A DNA stretch of 64,000 nt, taken from Diadema antillarum (lineage: Eukaryota). Shown here in pieces: positions 24,862 to 37,960 of the stretch. Within the stretch, counting starts at the first letter, position 1; the number at the start of each line of letters is the position of its first letter. The translations under genes were made by a program, and so were the position numbers. The notes under the pieces are model-generated. The model was not told the origin of the DNA, ran no database searches, and worked only from the letters and a program-made list of their open reading frames with translations. The DNA lies in NCBI RefSeq assembly GCF_040938485.1, contig NW_027271213.1, forward strand, positions 2,108,001 through 2,172,000, written 5' to 3'.

Positions 24862-26554
24862 CTACATGAATACGATGTCGAGTAAGAGGATGATGGGGGG
24901 ATATAGAGTGTGGATGATGACGAAGACGACGTCCGTAAATAACCCGCATCAAAAGCATCCAAGCATCGAAGCATGCAGGTAAGAGTAATTCAGAGGCAAA
25001 CTAAATGCAAGCATAGTTCAACTTAAAACGCATAAATAAAGGGCAATCAAAAATAAAACAACGCCTCATCCAGTCACGACAAGCCCGCAACTGCCACCTA
25101 CAATCAAAACCGGACTGACTGAAAAGATGACTGAATTGATTTTTTGGCTCATAAATATATGTATATCTTTATTATCAAATGTGGCAAAAAAAGCCCCTAT
25201 TCTTTGGAAAATCAGTAGAAGATTGCAAGGACGTAAATACAGAGTGTATCCATAGAAGCCAAACAAACAACTGAAGGCGTTAGAATCATGAAATAGCAAT
25301 GATGAAGACATGCATCTATATCCTTTGTGCATTGCAAACTCAAAGATGAAATGTGATAGAGTATACCCTGTCACCATACAGATGGTGTCAATTTTGGTGA
25401 TCGAAAACTAGGCATATAGTAAATGTGCACAATTGCAATTTGTGTCCATATCTAATTGCTAAACATGAATTTATGAAGTTGTATGTTATACCTGACCGCT
25501 ATGGGATTTAGAAATACACTGTATTTATGAATGAACATTTACAGCCTAAACAACAGATGGAATTTATAAAATGTCATGAATATTCACCATCCACAAGATG
25601 GAGACACACACTACAAGTAACTGTTATTGTGGATGTCGGTAAGAGAGGGGCATGTGTGCTAATTCAGATGTTCATGTTTATAATCTATAGTAAATGATGG
25701 TCCTAAAGTTGCAGTCGATATTCTCAACTCTATTGATAAGGATTCAATACGAGTATGGCAAAATACACCTTCCAATTAACCTTTGGATTGAGATGATAAT
25801 TATGTTAATCACAGATATACTCAGCAAATGATGGCAATGACCTTTTAGTCTTTTACTCCAGTCAGCAACATATGAACAATGTCAATAGTATATCAGACAG
25901 TTGAAGCAAAACGTTTAAATAGCAATACTCACTAATACTAGTAGGTCCCTAAACATGATTTGGCAAATTATTACATAACGGGGAAAGTTTTGCTTTTATG
26001 CGATTACTGTTATGACTGTAGGGTATGCTCAAGGCCTTTCAACAACAGCTAAAATTCACTAAAATCCGCTTAACTTATTTCTTAAGCTTAAAATATAGGA
26101 TAACATTGCTGTGCATTTGATTCAATCGTATTGCTGCAGAACCAGCTGTATCATCTACAGGAAAAAATAAAAGTGTTATAGCACTGACTGGTAATATTTG
26201 TAGGTAAGGATTTAGAAAGAGAAATTGTTTCTTTTACTCACAATTTTGGGTATGATTTATGAGATCATGATCTACACTAGTGTACACATGAACAATGTAC
26301 ATGTCATTCCTACTTTACGGACCTGCTAATCACTTCCATTCTACTGCCAAGTTTGTAAACTGACGGTAACAATGGAGCAACTCAAGTCTGCAGGCAGATT
26401 GGCGAGCACAACTCAACAAGACCTGGATCTTCCAGAAGACATGGCTTGCCATTATGCACGGGTTAGTAGTAATTCATAAACTAAAGCATGCAGTTTCCTG
26501 CCCTGGATGAGGGATCGGTATCCCTCTGGACAGGCCGTTGCCATGCCAACTCAC

Positions 26555-26844
26555 CTGTTGCCATTTGTGGTTGCCCCCGACGACCCATTGGCCAGCTTGG
26601 GCCCACCTATCCGCCTCTCGTCGACGCCACCGCTGCCGCCGATGATGACGGTGGGTTTCTGTATCCGGCTCTCGCTGCTCAGCCTCCGCACCCCGCCGGT
26701 TTCCTTAGCGACGGGCGAGTGTACGTCGTTGCCGGGATGCACGGGATCCTCCTTTTTCTTCTGCTCCTCCACCTCCATCCTTAGTCGTTCCTCTCTCGCT
26801 TGCCTCTTCTTCTCCTCATACATCGCCTTCTGCCTCTCCAGCTC
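26555..26844 (-). CDS. LRCH: LRCH exon F (coiled coil + linker): ELERQKAMYEEKKRQAREERLR...ATTNGN(S)
   Basis: atatag acceptor, AG|gtgagt donor, 290 nt, GC-rich charged helix; phase 0 to phase 2. Confidence 0.88.
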
Positions 26845-28970
26845 CTATATAATATGCATGAATGTGAAGTGTCCAATGACATGCAAACAATCAGAGTGTA
26901 AGCCAGTAAGCCAGAATGACAAATAGTTACAAAAAAAAAAATGGAATTGTCACATCTTTGGACAGGTCAAAGATGTATAGATATTATAAAGAAGTCAGCA
27001 CATAATTGAAATTACGTTGAGCATAGACCGCATTGATTTGAACAGCCCTTCATAGGTTACTGTAGTTATCAATGGAAGTAATATCTAATCCCCAAATAAC
27101 TAGCTTCTAAAATTGAAAATGGGCCTTCAGCATCAAGATGCAATTTTTCATTGCAATGCTTAACGCTGGCACCAGTCCAAAGGTCCCAGACTAGTAAAAA
27201 TCACATTTGAACCAGTAAAAAAACAAAAACAAAACAAACAATAACATTGTCTGGGCCGGTTAAAAAAAGACCAGGACCAGTACATTCTTTATTGCAACTG
27301 ATTGACAAATTGCCCTACATTGACGTTAATAAGCACCAAGTTTATCAGTGTTCATCAACTCGACACAAGAATTTTATGATTTTGAAGGACTAGTAATTTT
27401 AGTTTCAAACCAGTACAAAATGGAAAACTGGATATCTACTGATCTGACAGGGATAGGCTGGACCAGTAGAAAACGGTTAGTGGGCAGCCCTTTCTATTTT
27501 GTGCTAGCAATCTATTACCTTTCTTATTTCTTTTGAAGACATACAATTTGTACTAATCATGTGTTTAAAAAAATCCATGTTAAATCTCAAATCTTTGTAG
27601 AGGCTTTAAACCCAATGTTTTGAATTCACAAAGATAGTTTGAATAAAATCCCCAGTTTCAATTTTAAATAAGCATACCTTGCACACATCCAAATAAGCCT
27701 GCAATCATTATTGGATGTGCACTGGCATATACAATGTACAATGTTTCATGCACATTTAGAACAATAAAATTTGCATAATCCGTGGACTAAGTTCAAACTA
27801 CCTGTGTGAATTCCAGCTAATAACTTCATTATCAACACTCTGTTAAGTTTAGAGGGCATAGAAACTTCTACCAGAAATACAGATATCATCCCACATTTCA
27901 TTGTATCAATCATTATCATAATTCCATACTGCCAAATCAAAGCAACATGTTAGTATGCATGCGGTTTGATGCTCTGCTCTGCAAATGTCAATATTATGCA
28001 ATATGTGCGAATATCAGCATTTACCTGCTCATGAGAGAAAGAAATGAAATGAAAATGTGTGATCTGTGTCAACAAGGTCTATCAGTATACAGCAAATACA
28101 GTATAGTGACTCCATGGGGGATCGCAAGTAAGTGCACACATTAAGCCGCAAATAGGAAGAAATATTTCTTTGTTTTCTTTTCTAATTATGTTTTTGATGT
28201 ACTGAAGGGCAAAGTAGGGAATTTCATCTGTTGTGACACCTTCATGATGACATTTATACCAGCAGCATATTAATGGCGCATTAACTAGTACTACTATTTA
28301 GTTTTTGTCTTCCTCTTTTTCTTTAACACTCCAAAGCAATCTACAGTTGTACTTGCATATTCTACTATCTTCACTATTCATGGTTCTACATATGACTTTC
28401 ATTTAATATTCCTCCACGGCTTTTACATAATTCTTCATTTGTTTATTTCTTTATTCACTTTCTTCAGATATTCACTAATAGTTCCAAACATATACTTTCA
28501 TATATTGTTATATTACATTTTCGTTGTTGTTGTTTTGTAATTGTATTGAAAAGAAATATGTGATCTTGGAAATTAATATGTGATTTTAAATGAAATTTCA
28601 ATTTGATTTATTCATTTAATCATTTATCTATTCATTCAATCATTTATAAATGTATGTATTTATTTCTTCATTCATTTATGTATTTATTGATTTATTTACT
28701 TATTATCATATTTGTTAATATTAATATTCATTCATTCATTAACTTATTCATTGCTGCTTTCTGTAATAACAAACCGAGGGAAAGACGTTGTTGTCACAAC
28801 AAAATCATCACAGTGCCCTCTTAGCAACAGCAGCCATACACCTAATTACAACCCCCCACACGGAAAAAGAGTTGATTATTCAGGGAAATCAAATAAAAGA
28901 ACAACAAGAGAAAAGAAAAACAGTAGTAAAGGAATGGGAAACAAGTAGTCACAAAACTAATGTCAAAACT

Positions 28971-29056
28971 TTAACCCGTTGAGGACGAGTCTCGAGTACA
29001 TACTCGGGCAGGGGTCTATGGGAAATGCATTTTGTAGCCCGTCCTCAACGGGTTAA
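28971..29056. mobile_element. piggyBac-type MITE, copy 2
   Basis: ttaacccgttgaggacg ... cgtcctcaacgggttaa, with perfect TIRs. Confidence 0.9.
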
Positions 29057-30779
29057 GAACCGAATAATATCATACAATGGGGGTTCTCATGTTGACTATA
29101 GGGCCTGAGAAGGCTTGTAGGAAATTAGCATGCTTCACCTAACCTTGTTTTCCTCTATACATCCACTGAAATATACAGACCCACACAAAAACAAAAGTTT
29201 TTCAATAGAACATCCTTACATCTAATTTCTTGTTGATTTGTCTTTAGGACTCCTAGACCATACATACAATTGTAGCCCTGTAACAAGCACCTAGCAACAT
29301 TTTGCAAGCACGATAAAAAAGCCCTGGGAAAACAAAACTGTACCTTCCCCTGGGCATACACGGTACATTAGCAACACTATCCACCATGTGACTACAGTGT
29401 GTAGCAACTTACAGGATTTTCTTTCACACCATAATTGATAACGTCACAGGGTCTGTAGTACTTTTCACTGCTTTCACTAATTTTCACTGGATGTTGTGGT
29501 TGGTGTTGATCAGTCATTGTGACGCACATACTATTCACATCTTTTCTTTTTGGAAAATTTTAGAAATATAGCGGTGGTACCCTTATTGCATCACACTTTT
29601 TTTGTACTTACCTTTCATACTGTCATTTTCTGTTTAAATTGTTCAATAGACATATAATCAGGAAGTAATCATTATGGAACTAAAACCCCCATGAAAAGTT
29701 TTTTAGGTGACTATGTGCAAAAGGTACAAAGTGTGTCCACATTAGATTTTAACTGTAAATGTCAATAGAACCAGGGGAGAAAATCCCAAATCCAACTGTA
29801 ATCATAAGAATTAAAAGTGTTCCTCCACACATTAAGGTTTTGTTGTCCCCCCCCCCCCCCCCCCATCACCTTATTGATAGCAACTGCATGTTATGCTTAT
29901 GACATTAATGTCACGCATTGCATTATCTTATGAAAAGTTTAATGGAATATAATAAAATGAAAAAAAAAATTGTTGATAGACAGTAGTGACACAATTATAC
30001 ACATCACCAGTAGAAAAGCAAAATAAGGACAACGCAATCATTTGATAATCAGATGAAAAATGTAACTCTCCATTTTTTGGTCAGTGCATAGCACTGTACC
30101 CAACGAAGATGTGCAGTAATGTCTTATCACAGCTGGCAAACTCAGAAAAATTATTTTACAAAAAATGTGCATATGCACTAAATAAAGACTTCATACCCCC
30201 CCCCCCCCCCCCCCCCCCACCCACCACCACACACACACGCAACTGTTCCAATAATGAGCATATCTTTGGTGGTCAGTCATGCACTTTTTATGTAAATAAA
30301 AGAAAATATTTCAACTATACTATCCAGTCACCCCCACAAATATTCAAGAAAGAGGATGTACACAACCAATTTTGGTGACATATGGGTGGCGGGCATACAG
30401 AATTGAATTTGCAATTTAGAGTCATTTTTTTTTAAATTGAATTCCATGTGATAATCATAGGAGAATTTTAGATGAAAACAAAATAAGAATCTTATTTTGT
30501 CCCCAAATGAATTGCAAATTTGTTCTCTCTTTCCTCATTTCTACCCTCCCATATCATTTTGCATGACGTCTTTCAACAGTCTTGGAGAGTCCATTGAATG
30601 TGGCAGGGTGCTTCCGCAGATAACAAAATCATGTCTGTTCAATCGAATTAGACGAGACGTTGCTGAGAAAATTTCTAATAGACGGAGAGAGAAAAAATGA
30701 CTTATTCTAGTCCAAATCCCTAAATGTCAGCCTCTGCTCTCTCCTCTTTGTACTGAGTGAAAAAACTGTAGATAGCCTG

Positions 30780-30969
30780 GGCCCCGTCTTATAAAACTTG
30801 CGGTGGAAATCAATTTCCATCCTCCTGAAAGTTGAAAGTAATCGTAAGTTATGATTAATTCAATCATAACTTCCTTATGAGGTGGATTTGCAATCAATCG
30901 TAAAGTTACAATTGATTTGGGGACTTATGGTTGATTTGAACCAGTCATAACTCTTGAAAAGATGGAGCC
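30780..30969. mobile_element. PIF/Harbinger-type MITE with CTG target duplication
   Basis: CTG-ggccccgtcttataa ... ttgaaaagatggagcc-CTG; related to the 37844 element. Confidence 0.7.
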
Positions 30970-30972
30970 CTG

Positions 30973-31118
30973 AAGGGCATTTCCTGAAGTGTTTTGTCCA
31001 ACAAATTTGTCGGACAAATTTGCTCTCAGCCAATCAGATGCAAGGATTTCAGTAGCTTAGAACAATTTGTCAGATAAAAATATCAGACAAAACAATAATC
31101 TATTCATGATCTGCCCCT
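30973..31118. mobile_element. Second Harbinger-type MITE abutting the first
   Basis: CTG-aagggcatttcctgaa ... ttcatgatctgcccct-CTG, imperfect TIRs. Confidence 0.6.
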
Positions 31119-32157
31119 CTGATCAGTCTGCTTAAACAGAGTCTGCAAAATATATTGGGTAACTAGCCATTATATCAAAGGCTGAATGCAGACAATAAAG
31201 ACTAATTTGCCTAATCATATGAATCTTTTTAAAGTTTGTTAATAGGTGTAATCTTTTTAATGTGAATACAGGATAAATACTGTACATATACATATATGTT
31301 AAGTCAAGGTGCATACATGCAAACTCATATTGAAATCATCTAGAGTAGTGCATCAGGCATTTTTTTTTAAAGAAAAAAAATAGAGGATATAACATAATTC
31401 ATCAAAATTAAGAAAATATCAAGTATAACAAAAGTCAAATTTGTTATATAATATATCATCATAAAGAGTCATTCCAACTTATAATACAGGTTATCCTGTT
31501 AGTTACTTTAGTGGTGCATTTACTTCATATATTACTTTGGATTGCATTATAATAAAGAATCTTTAATATGAAGATGTATACCTTGAAGAAGTTTGGATTT
31601 TGAATCTCGAAGAATATAAGTTCGTCATCCTATGACAGAATAATCACAATCAAGTCATTTCAAAATTTGCTTTTTTTTTCATGGTAAATACTGACAAATT
31701 CACAACAGTCCATGCTATGCCATCATTGGATTCCACATCCTTGTAATATCATGCTCACATTCACTTTCTTTATGAAAAAGACATTTAATAGTATAATGAT
31801 ATCACTTCTAGAGCAATTTGTTGTCCTGTTGAATATAAATGGCCTTCTGAATATGAATTATGAACTTTTATCATAAGGTTTCCATTGAAAATTGATTCAT
31901 TAAACATTACAGAAGTTCAACTTGGCCAAAAAGTAGTACATGTACTTTTAGAATAAATGGCATACACACACTATTTGTAAAGAAAAAACACTGTGTCATT
32001 TCTGGATGAAATTGTCAAATATGTAAATATTTGCTTTTTCAAAAACAGATGTTTTGTAAACATCAGGTAAGAACAAGGAGGTTAAATTCTACTAAGTGCT
32101 GTACACAAGACACTGTGCACACAAGACACTGTGCTTACACATTCATGCATTGTGGTG

Positions 32158-32250
32158 AGATTAACACATTCATTACCAATACACATACACCGTATAATTG
32201 ACTAGATTAACACATTCACTATCAATACACATACACTGTATAATTGACTA
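32158..32250. repeat. Direct repeat, ~46 bp x2 (with an 18-bp x2 repeat at ~32101-32137)
   Basis: agattaacacattca...caatacacataca.c.gtataattgacta twice. Confidence 0.8.
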
Positions 32251-33205
32251 TGTGTTGGGACGGATTTCTACACTGACATGCATTGTTGTTACACCTGGTG
32301 TAAAGTCAACATTTGTACACCAGATTCTAGGAGTCACCACAACTAACAAGCAACAGAGAAGATTTCTTCTTAAAGGTGTGCTGTATGAAATGTCGAAATG
32401 AATAGTAGTTTCCCTTCATGAAAAGTGAACACTGCATACTAGTATGTACCTGTAAAGGTACAACAGGTAACTACTATTCCGCTTGCTGCGATCCAAAATG
32501 ACTGCCTATTAACAGGCAACTAAAGTTGATGGTTGGGCAAGTACATTGTGAATCGTTTTGGTGGTGGTTGGGCAACTCTTATCTTAATCAATACACTCTG
32601 CATTTGCCTGGGGGGGAAAAATGAAGAAGGATCGCTCACACCGCAAAATGAAGCAAACGCACGTGTTCATCTTCAGAAAATGTAGAGGGAGAGGAATGAG
32701 ACAGAATGAGCAAGAAAAGGAGGGAAAGAAAGCAGCTAGAAAAACATATGGCAATCATCAAAGTCTATGTCATTCTTTGCTTCCGGTGTGGACGCAACTT
32801 TTCGATCTGGGTAACCAGTTCCATCATCCGCTTGCCCAAATAGCCATCTCGAGAAAAGGATCTTTATTGTGTAGCCCTACGCAGAGCATAAGAGAGCTGC
32901 ATGGAGCTGCAGTTGGTGGGAATTCCCGGGGCGGGAGAAGTTGAGCAAGAATGAGCCGATTGCAGACCTCCCAACCTTTCTGACTGAAAATATAGGGATT
33001 GATTTGGCTCAAAAACAGGAAAGAAAGAGCAGATCCCATAGAAGTGTGTAGTAAAACAATCAAGGAAAAATAGGAAACTCCTATCGAAACAAAGAGTTGG
33101 CAATGGTCAGAATTCAGATTCTTTCTTCCAAATTCAGAATGGTTGGGATGTCTGCGATTGCAATGTTTTATCGATGCTTGTTGTTATCAGCTGCACATGG
33201 CACAA

Positions 33206-33298
33206 TTAACCCGTTGAGGACGAGTCCCGAGTATACTCGGGCAAGTGTCTATGGGAAATGCGTGTTGTATCAAAATCAGTCCGTCCTCAATGGGTTAA
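33206..33298. mobile_element. piggyBac-type MITE, copy 3
   Basis: ttaacccgttgaggacg ... cgtcctcaatgggttaa; internal palindrome cccgagtatactcggg. Confidence 0.9.
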
Positions 33299-33574
33299 GA
33301 TCACTGGATGTACTGGATGTGTAATGTGGTGATGGATGAGAGTAAAGGGGGGGGGCAAAGAAGGGTGGGGAGGGCGGCAGAGAGGGGCAGGGCGGGGACA
33401 CTTTGAGGAGCAAAGCTGGCCTGGTTGCCTCTGACAAAATCTTCCCCTCATAGTGACTTTAATACTAACACGGCAACTGCCTATGCAAGCCACAGCAAGC
33501 TTCTGAATTTCTACCTGTTGCCATGGTATTCTGCAGCGTAATCATAAAGCTGAAAGTGTGTTCACACATGTATG

Positions 33575-33797
33575 CAGGGCTCGACATTAGCAGAGGCTCG
33601 ATGGCCCAGGGCCATAAAATAATTGATGGTGGGCCACCAGATTTCAAAAAAGGCCATCCTTTGATGGCCCAACCAGGCAACTAAATTTCCAAATTAATTC
33701 CTCTGTTTTCTTTTATTTCAGGCCACCACACCTTCATATTCATAGATTTCAGTAGCCCAAACGGGCCACAATAGAAAGCACTTAGTGTCGAGCCCTG
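33575..33797. mobile_element. hAT-like MITE
   Basis: TIRs cagggctcgacatta / tagtgtcgagccctg and internal ggcca repeats. No clear 8-bp target duplication. Confidence 0.65.
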
Positions 33798-34696
33798 GTT
33801 TATGAATATGTCTGAGTGAAGGATCTGAAATTAATGAGGGTGGGCGTGACGAAATGGCATGAGGCTCGGACAGGTGGCTCTGCTAGTAATGACTTAGCCA
33901 AATGATGTTGGGTGAGGGGAGGTACACACATCGGGTGAAGTTGGGAGACAAGGATTATCCCTTTCAAAACTATTAAGGGTACTTTGCATTGGGACAGGAG
34001 CGTGTACTCTTAAATTTGGGGTCACCAATCAAAAAGTAAAGATTTTTCTCTGTTAAGGAACTTCAGCTTGCCGATGGAAAATACTTTTCAGCATAATTCT
34101 GTTTTTTTATTCTATGTCTAGTGAGATAACTGAAATATTAGTGATGGCAAGTTGGCTGTTTTGAAGCAGGGGAGCAGTAACAGTACAGGTTCATATTAGC
34201 TTTCCTCTTTTCTCTTTTACGATTCGTATGACTGGCACAGTTTGAGTGGTTTGAGACACCCTGCAATTTACTGCTTATCACTCAAAGTGAATCTACAGAC
34301 AAAATGGGGTCAAATATCAAGTAAGATTTCAAGTGTATGGATCTTGCTATCTCACACCTGGGATATCAAATTATTGTGTGGGTGGGGCAACCCTTCCATT
34401 TCGGATTACTGTTGGTTGAGAATTTATTTGAATTTTGGCTCATATATTTGAAGTGTTGCTCAATGTTTACCACTACACAAAATGCATCCATCATAACAGA
34501 AAAAAAAAACATGATGCGCAGAAATCTGAAGATGCTTCAAGGAGTGCTTTATCAATGTGCTTTCTGTCATCCACCGCAATGCTCGCAGGATTATTATTTT
34601 TTTTGCCATTTCTCTCTGCAGCTGCACAAATTGCTCAGCATTCCATGCCAAAGAGAGAAGGAAAATTGGTTCACCGATACATACATGATCAGTCAC

Positions 34697-34930
34697 CTTA
34701 GTAAACGGGTCGACGTCGACCAGCGTCGGCGTCTGGATGGGGCTCTGCGTGGGCGTCACCCCGTCCTCCTCCTCTTCCTCCTCCTCGTCGCCGGCGTCGA
34801 TGAAGTCGATGTGGTTGTCGTTGGGCTTGAAGGTCCGCGCCGTGTCGTTGACGAACTTCTGCTGCCGCTTCTCCTTCTGTTGCGACGCCCTCTCAGCCAG
34901 ATACTTCGCCTCCTCGTCCTCCGTGCTCGG
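34697..34930 (-). CDS. LRCH: LRCH exon E: PSTEDEEAKY...NHIDFIDAGDEEEEEEED...VDPFTK
   Basis: ccccttgcag acceptor, AAG|gtgact donor, 234 nt, phase 0-0, GC-rich. Contains the HIDFID motif. Confidence 0.92.
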
Positions 34931-34940
34931 CTGCAAGGGG

Positions 34941-35250
34941 AGGAGAGTTATGGAGAGTTGCTATGGTAACAAGTGAATATCAGACTTTTTTCAGGGTCCT
35001 ATCTAAATGAATTCACTGAAAATCAATAGTACTGTTTCCCCCTCCATCGTGAAGAAGTTTCCAGCTTTATTACTCTGAGGACAGCCTACAGGTCTGCGAG
35101 GTGAGAAGAGTCATGGAGCGTTGCTATGGTACATTGTGTGTTGGAATTTTTTCAAGGTCTACTTCAGGTGAATTCACTGGAAATCAATATTTATGTTTCT
35201 CTCTCCATTGTAAAGATGTTTCCAGCTTTATCACTCTGAGGATAGGTCTC
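34941..35250. repeat. Diverged tandem duplication, ~162-bp unit x2
   Basis: gagagttatggagagttgctatggta...gaattcactgaaaatcaata...tttccagctttattactctgagga repeated as gagtcatggagcgttgctatggta...gaattcactggaaatcaata...tttccagctttatcactctgagga. Confidence 0.85.
34957..34970. promoter_or_regulatory. RFX X-box consensus GTTGCTATGGTAAC
   Basis: Match to the palindromic X-box consensus; function untested. Confidence 0.4.
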
Positions 35251-35748
35251 AACTACTTATACCTCTATACTATACCAGCTCAATATGAAAGGAATCTAAT
35301 TTTGGGGGTTGCAACCTATAATTATTATCTACAAAAGGTGTAAACTGTAAAAAGTAGTACTGGTAATTCAAATTTGAAGCAGACTGGACTAGAAAAAAAG
35401 AAAGAAAAAAAGAGTGACTTATACTATACATGTATAGCAGGAGTTCCTACACTTAGTAAGCATTCATGCCCTCAGTATATGTTCACACAACAGATAAAAC
35501 AAAATATGGTGTATCATCGCACAACCACATAAAAACAGTAACCTATGGGAAGTTACACATTAGCCTATGTGTTTCATCGAATATGCTCTTATATTGCACA
35601 TAAAAATAAAGCGGACAAAAATATGCATTTTAATGCGCCACTTTTAAATGCCTTATGTACATTGATAAAGATAATGCAATTTATCTTCCTTTCTTCTGTC
35701 AGTTTCTCCATGATCTTTTCCCCCCTCCCCTTTACATCGACACTCTAC

Positions 35749-35860
35749 CTCTGATGACGACCATCTTTTGTCCCCTTCCAGGTAGCCTGAGTCGGCCATT
35801 TTGATTCCGGTGCCCAGCTCCCGTATCTTGTGGTTGAACAGTGAGATTTCATCTGCCATG
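35749..35860 (-). CDS. LRCH: LRCH exon D: MADEISLFNHKIRELGTGIKMADSGYLEGDKRWSSSE
   Basis: tcttcaccag acceptor, GAG|gtagag donor, 112 nt. DSG...GDKRWS is a hallmark LRCH motif. Confidence 0.92.
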
Positions 35861-37549
35861 CTGGTGAAGAAAGAACCACATAAAATGCATACCTAATCAG
35901 ACGCAGTGACAAGAAACCTTAAATATCAATATTTTCCAAACTGACATTTGAGAACAAAAAATGAACTGTTATTCAGAAAGAAATCAATACATTTGGGGAA
36001 TAAAAGGGATGACTTCATTCAGGATAAGAATTTTAAAAAAAAAATGAAATAATTCTCTACAAAAGTAAGCATTTGATCTGGGTCTTGTTAAGTTTATGCC
36101 TTTAACTACTCGTATACAATAATAATAATGTGGGAGGTGTATGTGTAGCTCAAATTTACAGTAACAAAAGCATCAAATCATCAGCTAGTACAAAAGCCAG
36201 TACTGTTGAATTCAAATACCACTAATGCTAAAGAAACACAGAATATCAGGTCTAGGCTTTATCAAAGCAAGCAAAATATAGCAACGCCTATCACAAAACA
36301 GTCACTGATTTTATTGTTAACAAATTCACAGTATGTGCTTTAGGTGTACACAACAACACACTTGGATTTAGACCAATCATAAAACACCAACATGCCACAG
36401 TAAAATCTCTTTGAATTCCATTTCCAACATATTCCTGAAATAGAAATAACAATATCAGCTGCATGCACGATATAGAACCATTACCAATGCAAAGATTGAA
36501 CAAGGACCAAATAAACTTTTTGCTGGCTTTGGCAGAAAAAAAAAAGATAAACAAATAAACATTGTTAAGTTATTTCTTTTATACAATTTTAGAAAGTTAA
36601 GTAAAAAAATTAATGAACAAAATAAAATGAAAAAAAAACCTCACCAGAGGTTGACATAAAATCAAGTTTTTAACAATAAGGTCACATAGAAATCTTCTAT
36701 AGATATGATTAATTCAGTTATGATCATCAGTCAAATATACTAAATGATATTACAATGTATGTACAGTATATGTTTGTGGGCGATTTATTATGGGCATTCT
36801 ATGAAGGTGTTTGTGAATCTACTGTGTAGCTGTGTTTTCAAACTAGTTCAATGTAAGTGTACACTCTCAATAAGTCTATCAAAATATTCTCATAGCAGTT
36901 ATATGCCATTTGGTTTTACATAAGGTTTATTCTCTTCCCTGCCTAGTTTTATATACTTTGGCTCCATAATCTCTTCCCAAAAACAAGACAAATACCCAAA
37001 TCCAAATCAAAAGGTTGAAAGCTTTGTCCAAGCCCTTTAACCTCTACTCCAAGTCTCAATCTTGATCTTCAAGCGATAACTACCAGTTGGGTTATATCAT
37101 TCAGAAAACAAAACAAAACAAAAAACGGAGGAAAAATGTAAAGACCAAATGGCAAGTAACTTGCACTTAAAAAAAATAATATACGATATTGGATCTGTTG
37201 ATTTGTAATGAGGGTGAAGATATTATAATGTACAGGTGCAATGTATGAATCATAAATGTCAAAAAGATAAAGTATACAATGTACTTCAATTCATGTTACT
37301 ACATGATGTGGTCTAATGATGATCTAAAATCAACATCAAAGATTTTGGCACAGATGAATTTGATGATCTTCATTTTTTCATGTCAGTTATATGTGAATCG
37401 ATGTATGTTAGACTGTAAAAGGAGAAGGATTGTTGAAGACCAGTATCTCATGCATGGCACTGAGCAATGCTTGGAGATCGTGTTATCGAGATGACTCAAA
37501 TTCCAAAGATGGTACAGGTGGGAATACTAAATCCTGTGCAAGTTGAGTT

Positions 37550-37790
37550 TTAAGGGGAAAGTTCCCCAAAATATACATGAATGCAGCAATATTAACAGAA
37601 CACATTACTGAAGCATCTATAGAGGAAAATGGGACAATTTGTTCAAAAGTTATGAAATTTTAAAGTTTTGGTGCTGTCAATGCTGGATGAGAAGACTTCA
37701 ATAGTTTGTGATGTCACTGCATATTATCATAACAATATGAAAATGTAAAGGCAATTCCACATTTTTTTTTCTTTCTTTTTGTGGTACACA
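37550..37790. mobile_element. Kolobok-type MITE family B, left arm fragment
   Basis: ttaaggggaaagtt...gcagcaatattaacagaacacat...gctggatgagaagact, similar to the left arm of the 62750 element. Confidence 0.65.
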
Positions 37791-37843
37791 TTTCTTTGAC
37801 TTGTTTCTGACATATCATGTTAAGGGTAGTGTTATTAGTTCTG

Positions 37844-37960
37844 GGCCCCGTTTTATCAAAAGATAAAATCAATTTTAAATTTCCTTACCACACAGGCTGC
37901 CACAGACTTACAGTTGAAACCAATTATATAATCAATCTTAACTCTTCATAAAACAGGGCC
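37844..37960. mobile_element. PIF/Harbinger-type MITE with CTG target duplication
   Basis: CTG-ggccccgttttat ... ataaaacagggcc-CTG. Confidence 0.8.

Noticed and set aside
25400-26000. Possible decayed L1/Tx1-type LINE fragment (a similar AT-rich stretch lies at ~31.3-31.95 kb)
   Set aside because: Only faint peptide resemblance with many stops; cannot be supported without a profile search.
32824-33103. Two overlapping ORFs with an acceptor-like cagtcag in the E-F intron
   Set aside because: One frame hits a stop and the other needs a weak donor (TGC|gtaggg); no LRCH-like motif.
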